Part shown: positions 34,515 through 47,092 of the stretch, piece by piece
Numbering within the stretch: the stretch's first letter is position 1
Layout: each line of letters begins with the position of its first letter
The notes under the pieces: model-generated
Database searches by the model: none
What the model was told of the DNA's origin: nothing
The model's input: only the letters and a program-made list of their open reading frames with translations
Position numbers and translations under genes: made by a program
Assembly: GCF_021028975.2 (NCBI RefSeq)
Contig: NC_059436.1
Span: forward strand, 36,642,001 to 36,706,000
Direction of reading: 5' to 3'
DNA length: 64,000 bases
From: Sphaerodactylus townsendi
Taxonomy: Eukaryota

Positions 34515-37500
34515 TCAAAGGAAATAGGGTGTGGTCGTTCTTGGCGGGATCACACGTTCAGAGTCTGGGACTGCCCGGAAGAGCTTTGGTTCCCTCGTAT
34601 TTACATCTTTAAAGACCATGATTGAAGCAATATTTCCACAGCGATAGCAGTAGTTCGGAGCAGACCATACCGTTACCAGCTTCTCATCAAACATGAATTT
34701 ATAGCCTTCGTGTACCAGCTGATGGGCTCTGCAGATGAGCTTTAAGTTGTTGATGTGGACAAACTGTAAAATTTAAAACGGTGGTTAAAACATTGAAGGC
34801 AGCAATAAATGAAAGTTAATACTGAGATCTTCTATTTGAGGGGCTCCCTTGTTCTTCAACCTAAACTTTCAATCGGCCCCCTACATGACTCAATTGGCTA
34901 GATCTTAAACCTCCTCCTAGCAATTGCAAAGAGGACTTCACATATGAGTTCCACTGATTGCCCTCTCCCAAAACAAGGCTCAGCATTGTACCCAGGGTTT
35001 CCTGAAGGCTCATCAACCCCCAGGAGCTGAATTCTGAGAAGCATAGCAGGTTGTATCATGGAAGGGGAAGCTCAGAAGTTCTGTTCTCAAGCACAGTTAT
35101 CCACCTGGTGAGCCTAAAAACTAAATACCAGCCTGAGGAATATGGAGCAAAGCATATGAACACTGGACACAATGATATCAAACACTGTTGTTTTTATTGC
35201 TGCATCCTTAAGCTTCAAATGACCCAACAGCAGTGTCATGGATATTAATAAACATGTCTCCAGACAGAGCTTTCTGCTAGCCCACAAGTACAACTAAGGC
35301 TTGTTAATTCACCAGGACTGGGACCTCCCCATTGTCACCCTTCCCCATCTTAACAGCTACATACAAGTCATAAAGCAGCAAATAAGATGCTTGCAAGAGA
35401 AGCAGAAAGAATACTTCTCCTTGCAAAATACTCATTTGTCCCAGAGAATAAGAAGCAAGAAAAACAGTTTTTAACAGTTTCTTCAAGCGTTTTGTTGAGT
35501 CGCAACCAACTCATCGAGATCCTACAGAGTTCCCCCTCAGGGGTTTTTAAGGTATAAATACCAACCCTGCTTAGCTTCCAGCATCTGATGAGACTGGCAA
35601 GTCTGAGCTATCAGACCTGCAACCAAGTTGATGTCTTGTCTATGAAACTATAGTAAGAATGCTGGTCATGTTTTTATTCATTTATTTATTGGGAGCGTTT
35701 CTCGACTTGAAGGTTTCATAGCCAACACTTCAACTGTACAGAAAACAAATGCTTTCTGACCTCTCTTGCTTGTAACAACAGAACATTAAACAATGCAAAC
35801 TGCTGCTGAACACATCCATTAGAAGGGTATGGGACATTTATTTTTTACCTCATTGGTAACTTTGGCTCCAAATAGCCAGCCAGCTCCTCGAGGACTAATA
35901 GCCCAGGTGTCAACATCTTCTGGGTCAGACCAGACAAGGTCACAAAAAGCTCCTTTGTGTGGAATCTCTTGGTTGCGCTCAATAGTTCGGATCTGATCCA
36001 GTGTTTTTATGTCTGGGGACAGGCCCCCGTGTACACACAGTATCTGCTCGTCTATTAACTTAAAGGGTAAGAGAAGAATACATTTTACTAGCATCACATG
36101 TTTGAAATTAACAGAGATAAATGGGATTAGGGAGTCACTCATTTTCCATGCTGAAAAGGTGAATTAAAAAAAAAAGACCTTACCGCTGCTACTGTAAGCA
36201 TGTCAAAGACTTTGGTGCAGTATCTCCAGGCATTAGCATTACCATATTTGGTTTGGCATTCATCTGTTATAATGAGAGAAAGGAAGGAAGGAGGCATGGA
36301 AAACCATGTTGTATTAGTTATAATTTCACAGCCCAGCTGGACTAGCGGGACTGCAGGCTCAGAAAATAACAAGGTAGATACATGAAGAGCTTCTAGAATG
36401 GGTCAAAGCCCGGCCACATAGGTTCCACCTAACTCAGCCTAGAGACACCTCCACAAATCACTTAATTTTGATAGTCCTTTTGCATTGGTGTATTCCTTAT
36501 CAACATTGCTTGAACAACCGATCACCATTTTAATCTCTGCTGTCAAAAGTGAAGAAGAAACAGGTTGTCGACAATCTTTACCAACTCTTGTGTACTACTT
36601 AAGACTAGGTAGCTTCTAACAGAATGTGAGCTTAACATTTCCATTGCCCAGGATAATTCGGCATTGAGCAGGGGTCCCCAACATGGAGCCCATGGGCATC
36701 ATGGCACCCTTTCCTGGTGCCCCTCAAGTATTTTTAGAAAGTGGGTGGGGCCAAGTAGGGCTTTTTTCAGCAAGACTTCTGATTGACCATTGGAGATCTG
36801 ATTGTACAGATTTTTAAAAGCATTGCTTTGGCAGTAGCTGCCATTATAGGACAATGACCTTCATTGTGTGATTGTGTGCAGCAGCTGGCTCCGCCTCTTG
36901 TGGCACCCATTTTGTGGCTGAACCTCCGTAGCCAAATTTTCGCTGTGATTTTTAAATTAGGTTCCCTTGGCTGCTGACTATATTACTTTTACTGTTCTCT
37001 ACTGGATTTACTCTTTACTTTCCCTGTGTTATATATGCCTAATAAAGGTCTCTGGCTGCACCCAGCACATGGTGGCAGAATCCTGAAGGTGCCTGCAGGC
37101 TCAAAGAAGTTGGGAACCCCTGAACTAGGGATCTGAACTCAGCTTTTTGAAGTCCTATCCAGTTTACCATACATTAGCCCAGGGGTCTGCAACGTGTGGA
37201 TCTCCAGATGTTCATGGACTACAATTCCCAATTCCCATCAGCCAACTGGCCAAGCTGGCAGGGGCTGATGGGATTTGTAGTCCATGAACACCTGGAGATC
37301 TGCAGGTTGCAGACCCCTGCATTAGCCAAATCTCAGTTTCCTGTACCCCACACCTATGAAAATCACACCCAAAACAAGCCTAGTGCTAGAGTTTACAATC
37401 TGCAGCATCAGATCTCGACCCACAGCTTCCTAAATTACCATTTTATCTTTGTTTATGGCTATGATAAAATCATTTCCCGTAATCCATGTTCTCATTTCTG

Positions 37501-40500
37501 CAGCTTCTAGAGAAACAAGTTTATTCACTATGGATGTCTGCTGACTGCAACTGAGATTTTTTTTCAGAAAAGAAAAAAGAAAGCCCCTTACCATAAAATC
37601 CATACACTTGTGTTATTTGCCTGCTTTCATGATTTCCACGCAAAAGTGTGATACGATCAGGCCATTTTGCTTTTAGGGCAAGAAGAAATGTGAATGTCTC
37701 AAGGCTATAGTAGCCTCTGTCTACAAAGTCACCCTGAAAGTTAAAACAGTATTTCATTGAATGGCGGAGAATATAGATTGCATGCAAAAGGTCCCAGTTT
37801 AATGCTGACCTCTCCCCATAATGGATCTCAGGTAAATTCAGGGAGAACCTTACTCTGCCTGAGTACATGGAGAGCCACAGCCATTCAGAGTGGACAATTC
37901 TGGGCTGCACTGAACAATAATAATAAGAAGAGTTGGATTTATATCCCCCATTTCTCTCCTGCACGGAGACTCAAAGCGGCTTACAAACTCCTTTCCCTTC
38001 TCCGCTGACAACAAACACCCTGTGAGGTGGGTGGGGCTGAGAGAGCTCAGACGAACTGTGACTAGCCCAAGGTCACCTAGCTGGCACGTGTTGGAGTGTA
38101 CAGGCTAATCTGAATTCCCCAGATAAGCCTCCGCAGCTCAGGGGAATCAAACCCAGTTCCTCCAGATTAGAGTACACCTGCTCTTAACCACTACGCCACA
38201 GCTGCTCTTTGTAAGATACCTTCATATGTACATGTATTGCAGTGACTTGGGCAGCAATACTAGGTACTTTTATTTGAGAGCAGGCTTGACTGAGCTTTGT
38301 GGGACCTAATTGAGAATGCTCAAGCATAAGATTAAGCTGCTAGTTGTATTTCCAGGAGCAATTTTCATGCCCCTCTCTTTCACAAAGCAAATCACCCCAA
38401 AAGTTGGAGGATCATGATCATCAAAACAATTCTACTGAAAAACTGAGACTTTTAATAGATTGGTTAATCTTAGAATTGTCTCTCTCTGCTCCTTTAACTG
38501 CAGCTCATGCACAGTGATAGCACATTTTAACTCACTGCCCCCTTCTACTTTTGAGTCAATATCCATAACAGAATTCCCATAATATGGAACAAGAGCTGAA
38601 GCAAAGATTTGTCCAGTTCTGCCCAGGACCAATTTAACAGTTCCCTGTTTACAGGCACCTAGATATTTTTCAAACTCTGTTGACAAGATATAGCTTTTGA
38701 TTCCTTTCCCACAGTGCACCATGGGCCGGATGACATTTTCTCAGACTATAAGGAAACCAAAGAGAAAAGACATACTGAATACTAGGCAAAAACCTGTTGG
38801 TGTTCTAACTCCCCTATTAACATTATATTTAATTAACCATTGCTGGACACACATATATATATATATATATGTTAGCTTTCAGTTTTTACATACCATAAAT
38901 ATATAGTTTGTATCAGGAACCTGACCTCCAGTTCTAAACAATTCACATAAATCATAAAACTGAAAGACAAAAGAAAAAAGAGAGAAATTTAACAAGGACA
39001 GGTTTACAGCATTTAGCATGAACAATCCAAATTACTCAGAACTCTCATTTGATAGCAAGAGATGATCCTTGCTTTTGTTCATGGGCTATTTAAGACATCC
39101 ACAACACTGCACTGCATTACTTCTGCAACTAATGGAAAAGTAAGTCAATATTTGTAATTAAAACTCTTTAAACAGCTCAAATGAGAAAGGAAGGAAAACT
39201 AAAGAAATTGATAAACTTTGAGGATTTGTTGGTAGAGAAAGGGAAAAAAACAGCTAGTAAATCCCTAGGGGGGATTTATATCCCTCCTTTCTCTCCTGCA
39301 GGAGACTCAAAAGGGCTCACAATCTCCTTGCCCTTCCCCCCCTCACAACAAACACCCTGTGAGGTGGGTGGGTCTGAGAGAGCTCCAAAAAGCTGTGACT
39401 AGCCCAACGTCCCCCAGCTGGCGTGTGTGGGAGTGCACAGACTAATCTGAATTCCCCAGATAAGCCTCCACAGCTCAGGCAGCAGAGCGGGGAATCAAAC
39501 CTGGTTCCTCCAGATTAGAATGCACCTGCTCTTATCTACTATGCCACTGCTGCTCCTTTAAAAATACATAAAGAAATGGTCCCACAATGGACAACATGAT
39601 ATTGATATCTCAGTGTGAAATTTCCAAATTAAAAGAGGCTCAACTTTATCCCTGCCTTACAATGTGTGAAAATGTGATAAAAATGATAAATCAATGTCAT
39701 CCTGACTCAACTAGCAAAAACATAGGGTTCAATGGATGGAAAGTGTTGGCACCATGAAACACAAAATACTATTTTTTGTTTCATTCACAGTGGATGTGCC
39801 AATGCACAGGAACATTTAGGGAAGTGGTGATAGATTTGATCTCTACTGGAATAAGGCAGAGACTTTCCCCTATCCCAGAATTATGAGAAATTCCAAATAA
39901 ACATAAAGACTTCATATTAAATGCCACAACCACCACTTGCATGCTAATGGAAAAAAATAACAACACTGAGTAAAAAAAATGAATGGAACATCTTAAAGAT
40001 TTAGTTAATAACTTCCACAATTAGAAAAGAAAGTCTAAATAAATTACATTTGTGGAATTGAGCGGTACAGATTTATATAAAACATGTTATGTCAACAGTC
40101 TTTGCTCTTTCTAGACTGTAGGCTTTGATACTTAATTTCCACACTTCTTTTAATGTAATTTTTTTAACGCGTGTAGAATAATACATTACATAAGTGAGGA
40201 GAATGTGCACTGGTCCTTGTGCCCCTGGCTGATACTGCTCCTATTGTGATTACTTTCCACCCTATCAGCTAATACGCTGGGTATCTTTACTGCTGAAGCA
40301 GCAGCCTAATAAATGCACTCTCCACACTGCTATATTACTTCAGCTTGTAAAACTTGCACCTGTTCTCATCCAGTTATGGGCCCATTAATCAGTGCTGTTA
40401 CATGAAATCCCTCCCACAAAAAACCTTGGTGAATCCAGAATGTTCTCCAGGCACAGTGCACATCTACCTGGAATGGAATTCTATCTTTATTAGGGCCTTC

Positions 40501-43500
40501 AGGGACAAATCCACATAAGCATTAAGGAAAATTAACTGTAGTCTACAAACTACCAGTTTCAAAATAAGAATCGAAAGTAGGGAAAGTCACATAACTGTGT
40601 GCTTCACTAAATTATTTAATTACCCGTCTCAGTTTGCCACACACACTTAGGGTGGGGAGACAGGTGACAGGACTGAAAGTTAACTTTGGAAAAGTTAGAA
40701 AACATCTGCAAGATTGTAAGTGCACTGCACCCCAACTATCATCTCTGAATTACAGGGATTGTCTAGTATTGTTAGTACACACAAACAAGAACACGCCCCT
40801 CTTTCCCTCCATGGCATCAAGAATACTAAAAAAAAATCACAAGAGCTATACAGTGGCTGTTTTTCCATAAGCTAATGCTTCAACACTCTTCTATAACACT
40901 TGCAGGAGTCTTCCCTCTCTGCTACAGGAGAACACAATGCCAATAGAATAATCTGTACAAAAATCCACCTGTCCATGAATGTCTCCACAGACGGTAACTG
41001 GTGTAGAAACAGGCTGCACGTTAGATTCTTCCAGGAGCAGGTCACACACATAGTCACACAAGCGCTATGGGGAGAAAATGTATTTGAGTCAACATGAAAT
41101 CTGATTGAATTCTGAATAACTATCAACTTGCCGCATTCTATCATAGAATATGCACATTTTGGGTAAACAGCAGCTATACCAGAACAATCTGGAGCCATGC
41201 TCTCACCCACACCCACCCCATCACTCACTACCCTGAATTATAAACCAATTTACTGGATCAGAACAAGGGTTTAATCCTGTATAACATCTTGAAAGACATT
41301 TTCAAGATCTTGTCAAAGGTCTAGAATATATGGCAAGAGGAACTGTTAGAAATGTGTCAAACTAGAACTAGTTTGGATGGCACAGTCATTCTCCGTGCTA
41401 CTGCTTTTGCTGGGTAAATTACAGAGATCAACATTTAACTTGCAAAGATTTTTCTTTCTTGCTCACTAGAACAAAATCCATAGTTGTTATTAGCCTTGCA
41501 ATTATTTACATACCAGAAAAATATTCACATTTTAGCAAAGAAGCTAATAGTGTTTTTTATTTCCTGGTAAGAGATTCAATACTTTTGTTCTGTATAAGAA
41601 TATATAAGACATATTTGATAAACTCTTGAAGTCTGCATTTTAATTGGATAGTTTCCTTTTTTGCTGCTCCTCATAAAGGGTATGATCTGATACTAGCCCT
41701 GTCTTGTATTCTTGGACATTGGTAGGCTATCCTCATAAAACCTTAGCATCAGGGATTGAGAACTCTTGCTCCTTAACTCCACTCATCCCCCCCCCCCCAA
41801 AAAAAAACACCAAGGAAGAATTCAGGAAAATACAAAAACTTGCACAGCCATAATGTGTTACTCTGTTAATATCATGTTAATATCATTACAAGCTATCACA
41901 TGGCTTTTTCCTTCCTGGGCTTTGTTAGGGTCTGACAAAAACAGCAGTACCCAAATTATTCCACCTGTCTGTGGAACAACAACAAAATAGATAACAGAGT
42001 TGACAGAACAAGAGTTTAACCAAGTAACAAATGGCTTCACAGAGAAGGTACAATGTTGCCAAGCTTAACCATTTTTTAAAAGCACAATTAGGTTATTTTT
42101 CCTCCATCACATACTTTGCCAAAATACAGTACAAACTGAAGTACATTTTAAAGACATAAATCTGTCTTAAAATAAAAATTAGCCCACTTATTGCTAAAAC
42201 AAAGTGATTTAACATGCAGTGCCCTATCACATGCTGCAGAGAACAGTATATTAAAAACCACGCAGTGCAAGCTCTTTTCCTTTCAAAGACAAAAGCCTTG
42301 GTCACCAAGAGCTTAAAGTGCAAACATACAGCAAAATATTAGCTGCAAACCATTTCCTGGAGACAGCTGCTATGCAGCCTGCTGAGCTCAGTGGGAAGGA
42401 ACCCACATATTCCCATCTGTCACTGCATTAATATACTGAAATTGGGGAGAAGATGTTTGAACATTTCAACTAACGCATTTGAGATGAGCAGAGGAGTACA
42501 GGCAAGGCTTCTAAAACTTTTACCGGGTAGGCACTGGGATGACAGATACTAAGTTTGTATCTGCAGCATATCATGCAAAGGTAAGAAAGCTGTGTCTGAC
42601 TAAATAATCCCTTCCATGCACCTGCTTCAGAAAGGAAGCCCCACTGTTCTCCATCCAACTGGCCCATCTTCCAAGAAAGAAGCTCCATTCTGGTTTTCTC
42701 TCCTATTAAAAGGCTACATTGGTCAGAACATCGACTCCCTTTTTCTCCCTTATGGCAGTACAAAATACTAGGTTATATCTATGGGTTGGATCCAGACTAA
42801 AATAACAGCTTCCGCCAATTGCCCCTTCCCACTAACTTCCTCCAAATGACCCTCAAGGTCCTCTACACCTCATGCTGTGGAAACGAGTGGGCTACAGCAG
42901 GGATGTAAGAACATTATATTTGCTGATGGAAAGTTTAATCTGGATCTAACCCTTTCAAATACAAGAGGACACTAGTGTCCTACCTGGTCTTAGCCTAAGC
43001 CCCTTCCAGATCACGCTTACACAGAGTGTAAGAAAGGGCAGCCAAACACCCACTACCCAATAATCCACTAACAACTGTATATAGAATCGCAAGGTCTCTA
43101 ATCTCCTTATCAATATATATTCATATAGTTAGACATTCAAAGCATAATACATCAGTGAAATTGACGTTGGTTTCCTCAAGCAACCGGCCAAAGGTCCACC
43201 GTAAGCCGATTCAACGAACTGCAAGCTGCACAGGAGCGATGTCGGAAAGGAAGCTCATTCATAAACGTGTTGATATAATCCCATTCAATTCCATACATAC
43301 GTAGTTTGCCTTGAATTCATCAATGAAAAACCACAAAGGGGTGCTGTGTAGTTTCCGGGCCAGCCACAGATGCAGGCGAAACATCAGGAAAGAATGCTGC
43401 TAGAACATGACCATACAGCCCCGAAATTACACAGCAACCCAGTGATTCCAGCCGTGAAAGCCTTTGACAATACATTGAAAAACCACAAATCTTATTGTAA

Positions 43501-44510
43501 GTGAAGAAACCGGACCCGCTTGAGGAAACCAACATCATTGATATCTGTCCGTTAAGGATTATAAAAACTTACAACTTTTTCCATGGATTACAATTATATG
43601 GCAAAGTTTGGTACTTTGCGTATGTGATGCACTTTAAAGGAAGATCCAGTCATTCATGTACAGGTTTATCTATTGAATCAGCGCTTGTAAGTAAGCCTAT
43701 GGAACTGTGTAAATTAAGAAAGAACGACACAACAACCTTGTAGAGAGTATAAAGAGGCTACTTTATTTATTGATTTGCACAATTTCACTGATGTATTATG
43801 CTTTGAATGTATAACTATATGAATATATATTGATAAGGAGATTAGAGACCTTGCGATTCTATATACAGTTGTTAGTGAAATATTGGGTATTAGGTGTTTG
43901 GCTGCCCTTTCTTACACTCATTGCATGAGCTAAACTGTATATTTGTCACTCTTGGATTATAACATGCACAGCCATCTGCTGAGTGAATATACAAAAATAT
44001 AATTCTGCGCTAAACAGAAGCACTTATACGGCTCCCTAATCTTTAGGTGATTGATAAGGCTTACAAAACCTCCCCAAAACCCAGAGGCACAACACCCGCT
44101 GAATCCCAGAGCAGAAAGGAGCTCCAAATGACATCCGGTTCCCAAACTCTCCCTGGGTGACCCTCAGACCTATTTATGACATTTCAACGTCACCTCCCCT
44201 TGCTCACGAGACAGGCTTCAGAAACCCCTCCAAGTCCCCCAAGTCGGGAGCAGGAAAGACAACCGACCCCCAGTCGATCGCAGGACTCCCGCTCGCCTAA
44301 ACTGCCTGTTCAGCGCCACCATAGCTTTCGTGCGCCGTCTCTCTTCCCCAGGCGGCTTACACGCGAGAAAACCTCCCAGAGCAACCAGGAAAGAGAGGTA
44401 CGTCCAGCTTGTCCCTCCTCGCGAGGCCCCCGTACCTTGAGGTCGTTCTCGGGCAGATACTTGCAGAGGCGCGCGATCTCTACATACTTATCCAAATCCA
44501 GGGGGGCCAT
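34515..44510 (-). CDS. PPP6C: Serine/threonine protein phosphatase 6 catalytic subunit (305 aa)
   Basis: Exons on minus: 44436-44510, 40969-41064, 38894-38959, 37592-37733, 36184-36263, 35849-36058, 34515-34763; total 918 nt. Starts [25 protein letters not shown], contains PPP motifs GDIHG, GDFVDRG, RGNHE and SAPNYC, and ends TTTPYFL*. Confidence 0.98.
36669..37122. mobile_element. hAT-like MITE with nested LINE tail
   Basis: Termini CAGGGGTCCCCAAC / GTTGGGAACCCCTG; no clear TSD. Confidence 0.6.
37180..37319. mobile_element. Palindromic hAT MITE (ACTACAnnTCCCA family), full length
   Basis: The whole element is an imperfect palindrome; TIR CAGGGGTCTGCAAC; 8-bp TSD CATTAGCC (37172-37179, 37320-37327). 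Confidence 0.92.
37916..38207 (-). mobile_element. Squamate tRNA-derived SINE (Squam3-like)
   Basis: Same family as 4396-4697; (AAT)n/(AAG)n tail. Confidence 0.85.
39271..39556 (-). mobile_element. Squamate tRNA-derived SINE (Squam3-like)
   Basis: Same family as 4396-4697. Confidence 0.85.
43024..43919. repeat. Element bounded by 140-bp inverted repeats (unclassified)
   Basis: 43024-43163 is the reverse complement of 43780-43919, with 5 mismatches by my count. Confidence 0.9.
43338..43475 (+). mobile_element. Penelope-like terminal unit with inverted 5' segment
   Basis: 14-bp TSD TGAAAAACCACAAA (43324-43337, 43476-43489); the first ~22 nt are an inverted copy of the internal CCCGAAATTACACAGCAACCC. 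Confidence 0.8.
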
Positions 44511-44905
44511 TTTGGAAGAGCCGCTTTGAAGTGGGGGAAGAGAAGGGAGGGAGGGAACGAGAGGGAGAAGGAGAGACCAAGACCCGGAAACGAAGACCAG
44601 AACTTCCGGGTTGCGCGTTCGTAAACCCGTTCCCGAGAATTTCCAGGATCAACGCGCGCGGAAGGAGGCCGAGAACCACACAAATCCTCTCCCTGCCCCC
44701 CTTTTCTCTTTCTTTCTTTACTCCCTCCCCGCGGGAGGGAATGCGGGCCTAACCGGAAATGACAGCATCCACTTCCGGTTTACGTTTGAATTCCGCGCAC
44801 AGGCTACTTCGGGCCTCTTCATGCCCAGAGTGCATTGCGGTGCTTTGCGTTAAAAGGGCGCTAGAAGCCGTTTTGCCCCGTGGCATTCTGGGATTTGTAG
44901 TCTAT
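44500..44905 (-). promoter_or_regulatory. PPP6C CpG-island promoter with GABP, YY1 and ZNF143-type sites
   Basis: CCGGAA/TTCCGG at about 44584, 44604, 44753 and 44773. YY1-type AAAATGGC overlaps the start codon (44506-44513, minus). GCATTCTGGGATTTGTAGT at 44883-44901 reads ACTACAAATCCCAGAATGC on minus. A second degenerate site, CCCAGAGTGCATTGCGG, lies at about 44824-44840. Confidence 0.8.
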
Positions 44906-45534
44906 TTCCACCTCCTTAGCCTGTGGGTTTTTCTGTGATAGTCGTCCTATAAGTGCAACTGGGTAAGTCTCAGAACAGAAGAGAATCCTGCTGCATTAAA
45001 TCAAATGTCCATGTTGTCTGTCTTGATTCTCCCACAAGCACAGGGAAAGCCCAAAAGCTGGAGAAAGAGGCCAACCTGTTTCTATTGTTACCCATCTCTT
45101 TCCATGCAACAAGAATGCATATACTACTCCTGAACAAGGAGTTTTCACTTATCCATTGTGTCTAACAGCCATTGGCTGACATCGCCTCCATTAATATTTC
45201 TTGCCTGTTTTTAAAGCCAAAAGCTGCCTGAGCTATAAACTAACTGTCTTTTGTGACAATGAGTTTTATATGTGTCCTGCTTAGGATTTCCTCAAAAAGC
45301 TAACCTTGCTCTGGGACAGGGGAAAAGGGTGGCCAGAGGGAAAAGAAGGCTGCAGCACGCCTAGACCTTTTGATACCTTTGCAGAGTATTTCAGTCACTG
45401 CATGCTTTTATCACCTGTGTGACAAATTGCACTCACTGGTCCAAAGTCAGCCGTTCTTGTCTATCATTTTCATGAGCTAAACCAGTTTATGACAAAGAAC
45501 GAATAGGATGTACTGAAAGTAAGGACAGCGAGTG

Positions 45535-45985
45535 CCCATAGATATACAATACATTATTGCAGTCAGAGAATGCATGATTGCCCTTAGGGAATAACAGAAC
45601 CCATGCTTGCCCATAGAGAATAATGGAAACCACGCTGGGCCCTGGTCTGCATCAGAAATAGTGGAGGGCATGGTAGCTCATAAGGAGTAATGAAAACCCC
45701 ACTAGTCAATAATAAATAATGAAGACCATGTTTGCCCACAGGGAATAAAGGAGACCATATGTTCCATTGGGGATAATGGAGAGAAGCCTTGCTGATAGGA
45801 AATAACAGAGAACAGCCTTGCCCTAGGAAATAATGGAGAGCAACATTGCCCCTAGGATATAATGGAGGGACACTTATATCATAAGAGATAATGGAGAGCA
45901 GCCTGGTCTTTACGAAATCATTATTTTCTAAAGCATGCTTGTCCTTAGGGAATAATGGAAACAATGCAGGCTTAGCAAACTTGGT
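45535..45985. repeat. Degenerate ~29-bp minisatellite
   Basis: Units resembling TTGCCCTAGGAAATAATGGAGAGCAGCC, roughly a dozen copies. Confidence 0.75.
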
Positions 45986-46206
45986 AAAATAAAAAATATA
46001 GGTGTTTATGTGGAAATATGGAAATACAAGCAGCATTCAAGCTAAGACTGAAAAGTTCGAATGCTTGGTAGAGAATATAGACTATAATTCTTTTGGAAAC
46101 ATGGTGGGATGAGGAGAATCTGTGGGACATGGTGATCCCTGGATGTAAACTATACAGATGTTAGGAAATGGAGTGTTGGAAACACTCTGGAATTCAGGAA
46201 CTGTCT

Positions 46207-46397
46207 TAAGAACATAAGAAAGAGCCTGCTGGATCAGACCAGAGTCCATCTAGTCCAGCACTCTGCTACTCACAGTGGCCCACCAGGTGCCTTTGGGAGC
46301 TCACATGCAGGAGGTGTAAGCAATGGCCTTCTGCTGCTGCTGTTCCCAAGGTGAGCACCTGGTCTGCATTTGCTACCTCAGATCAAGAAGGATCAAG
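46207..46397 (-). mobile_element. CR1 LINE 3' UTR fragment
   Basis: Approximate reverse complement of 13835-14025; flanked by GTCTTAA on both sides (possible TSD). Confidence 0.85.
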
Positions 46398-46929
46398 TCT
46401 TAAAAGTTACTACATCAGTAGAATTTCAAAGAGAGAGTCAACTTGATGCTGCTGAGAAGGAATTAATATGCTGATTTAGCTCATATCAGGTGACAGGGTT
46501 AGAGGGGTGCCTGATCTCTGTGGAGACTGGGAAAAGGTAGTTTGCTACATAAGATAGTTGTCTTGTTTTTAGGTAAATACCCTTAAGATGGCCACCTTCC
46601 AGCTGTGATCTTTTAGGTGACACAAGACTTGTCTACTGCCGTTTTGAAATATTAACTGGACTCGAATCTAGTTGTATTAACTTGTGTGTACAAGTTGCTG
46701 ATATGCGGGTATAAAATGTACAAAAATGCTGGAGCTCTCCTGCTTGGAATATATATATATAGCTTTATCTTGTTAACGGTGCTGAATAATATGCAGTGCT
46801 TCACAGGTCACAAGACAGTTTCTCGGGCAGAATCTGAAACATTACTCCATTGTCTTTCCCTTCCACTGACCACAGATGCCGGGATTAAAATTGCACCTCA
46901 GAATTAAATAGGCAGAGAAAAGGATGAAC

Positions 46930-47092
46930 TGCGAATAAAAACCGTCCATGCGAGCAGGGGGCATGGAGGAAGGCCCTGTCGCTCTTCTAAGGGCGGGGCC
47001 AGGCGTCTCCTAGCAACGGCCCGGGGAAAGGCGGGGACCTGATTGCTCCCAGGTCTCCTCCTTCTTCTCTTCTTCCTCCGCTGGCTGAATCA
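46930..47092 (+). promoter_or_regulatory. RABEPK CpG-island promoter with GC boxes and RFX X-box-like motif
   Basis: GGGCGGGGCC at 46991-47000, GTCTCCTAGCAAC at 47005-47017 and GGCGGGG at about 47030-47036; CpG enrichment extends to about 47320. Confidence 0.65.

Noticed and set aside
45535-45985. CRISPR-like periodicity
   Set aside because: Units abut one another without unique spacers, are degenerate, and the context is a vertebrate genome.
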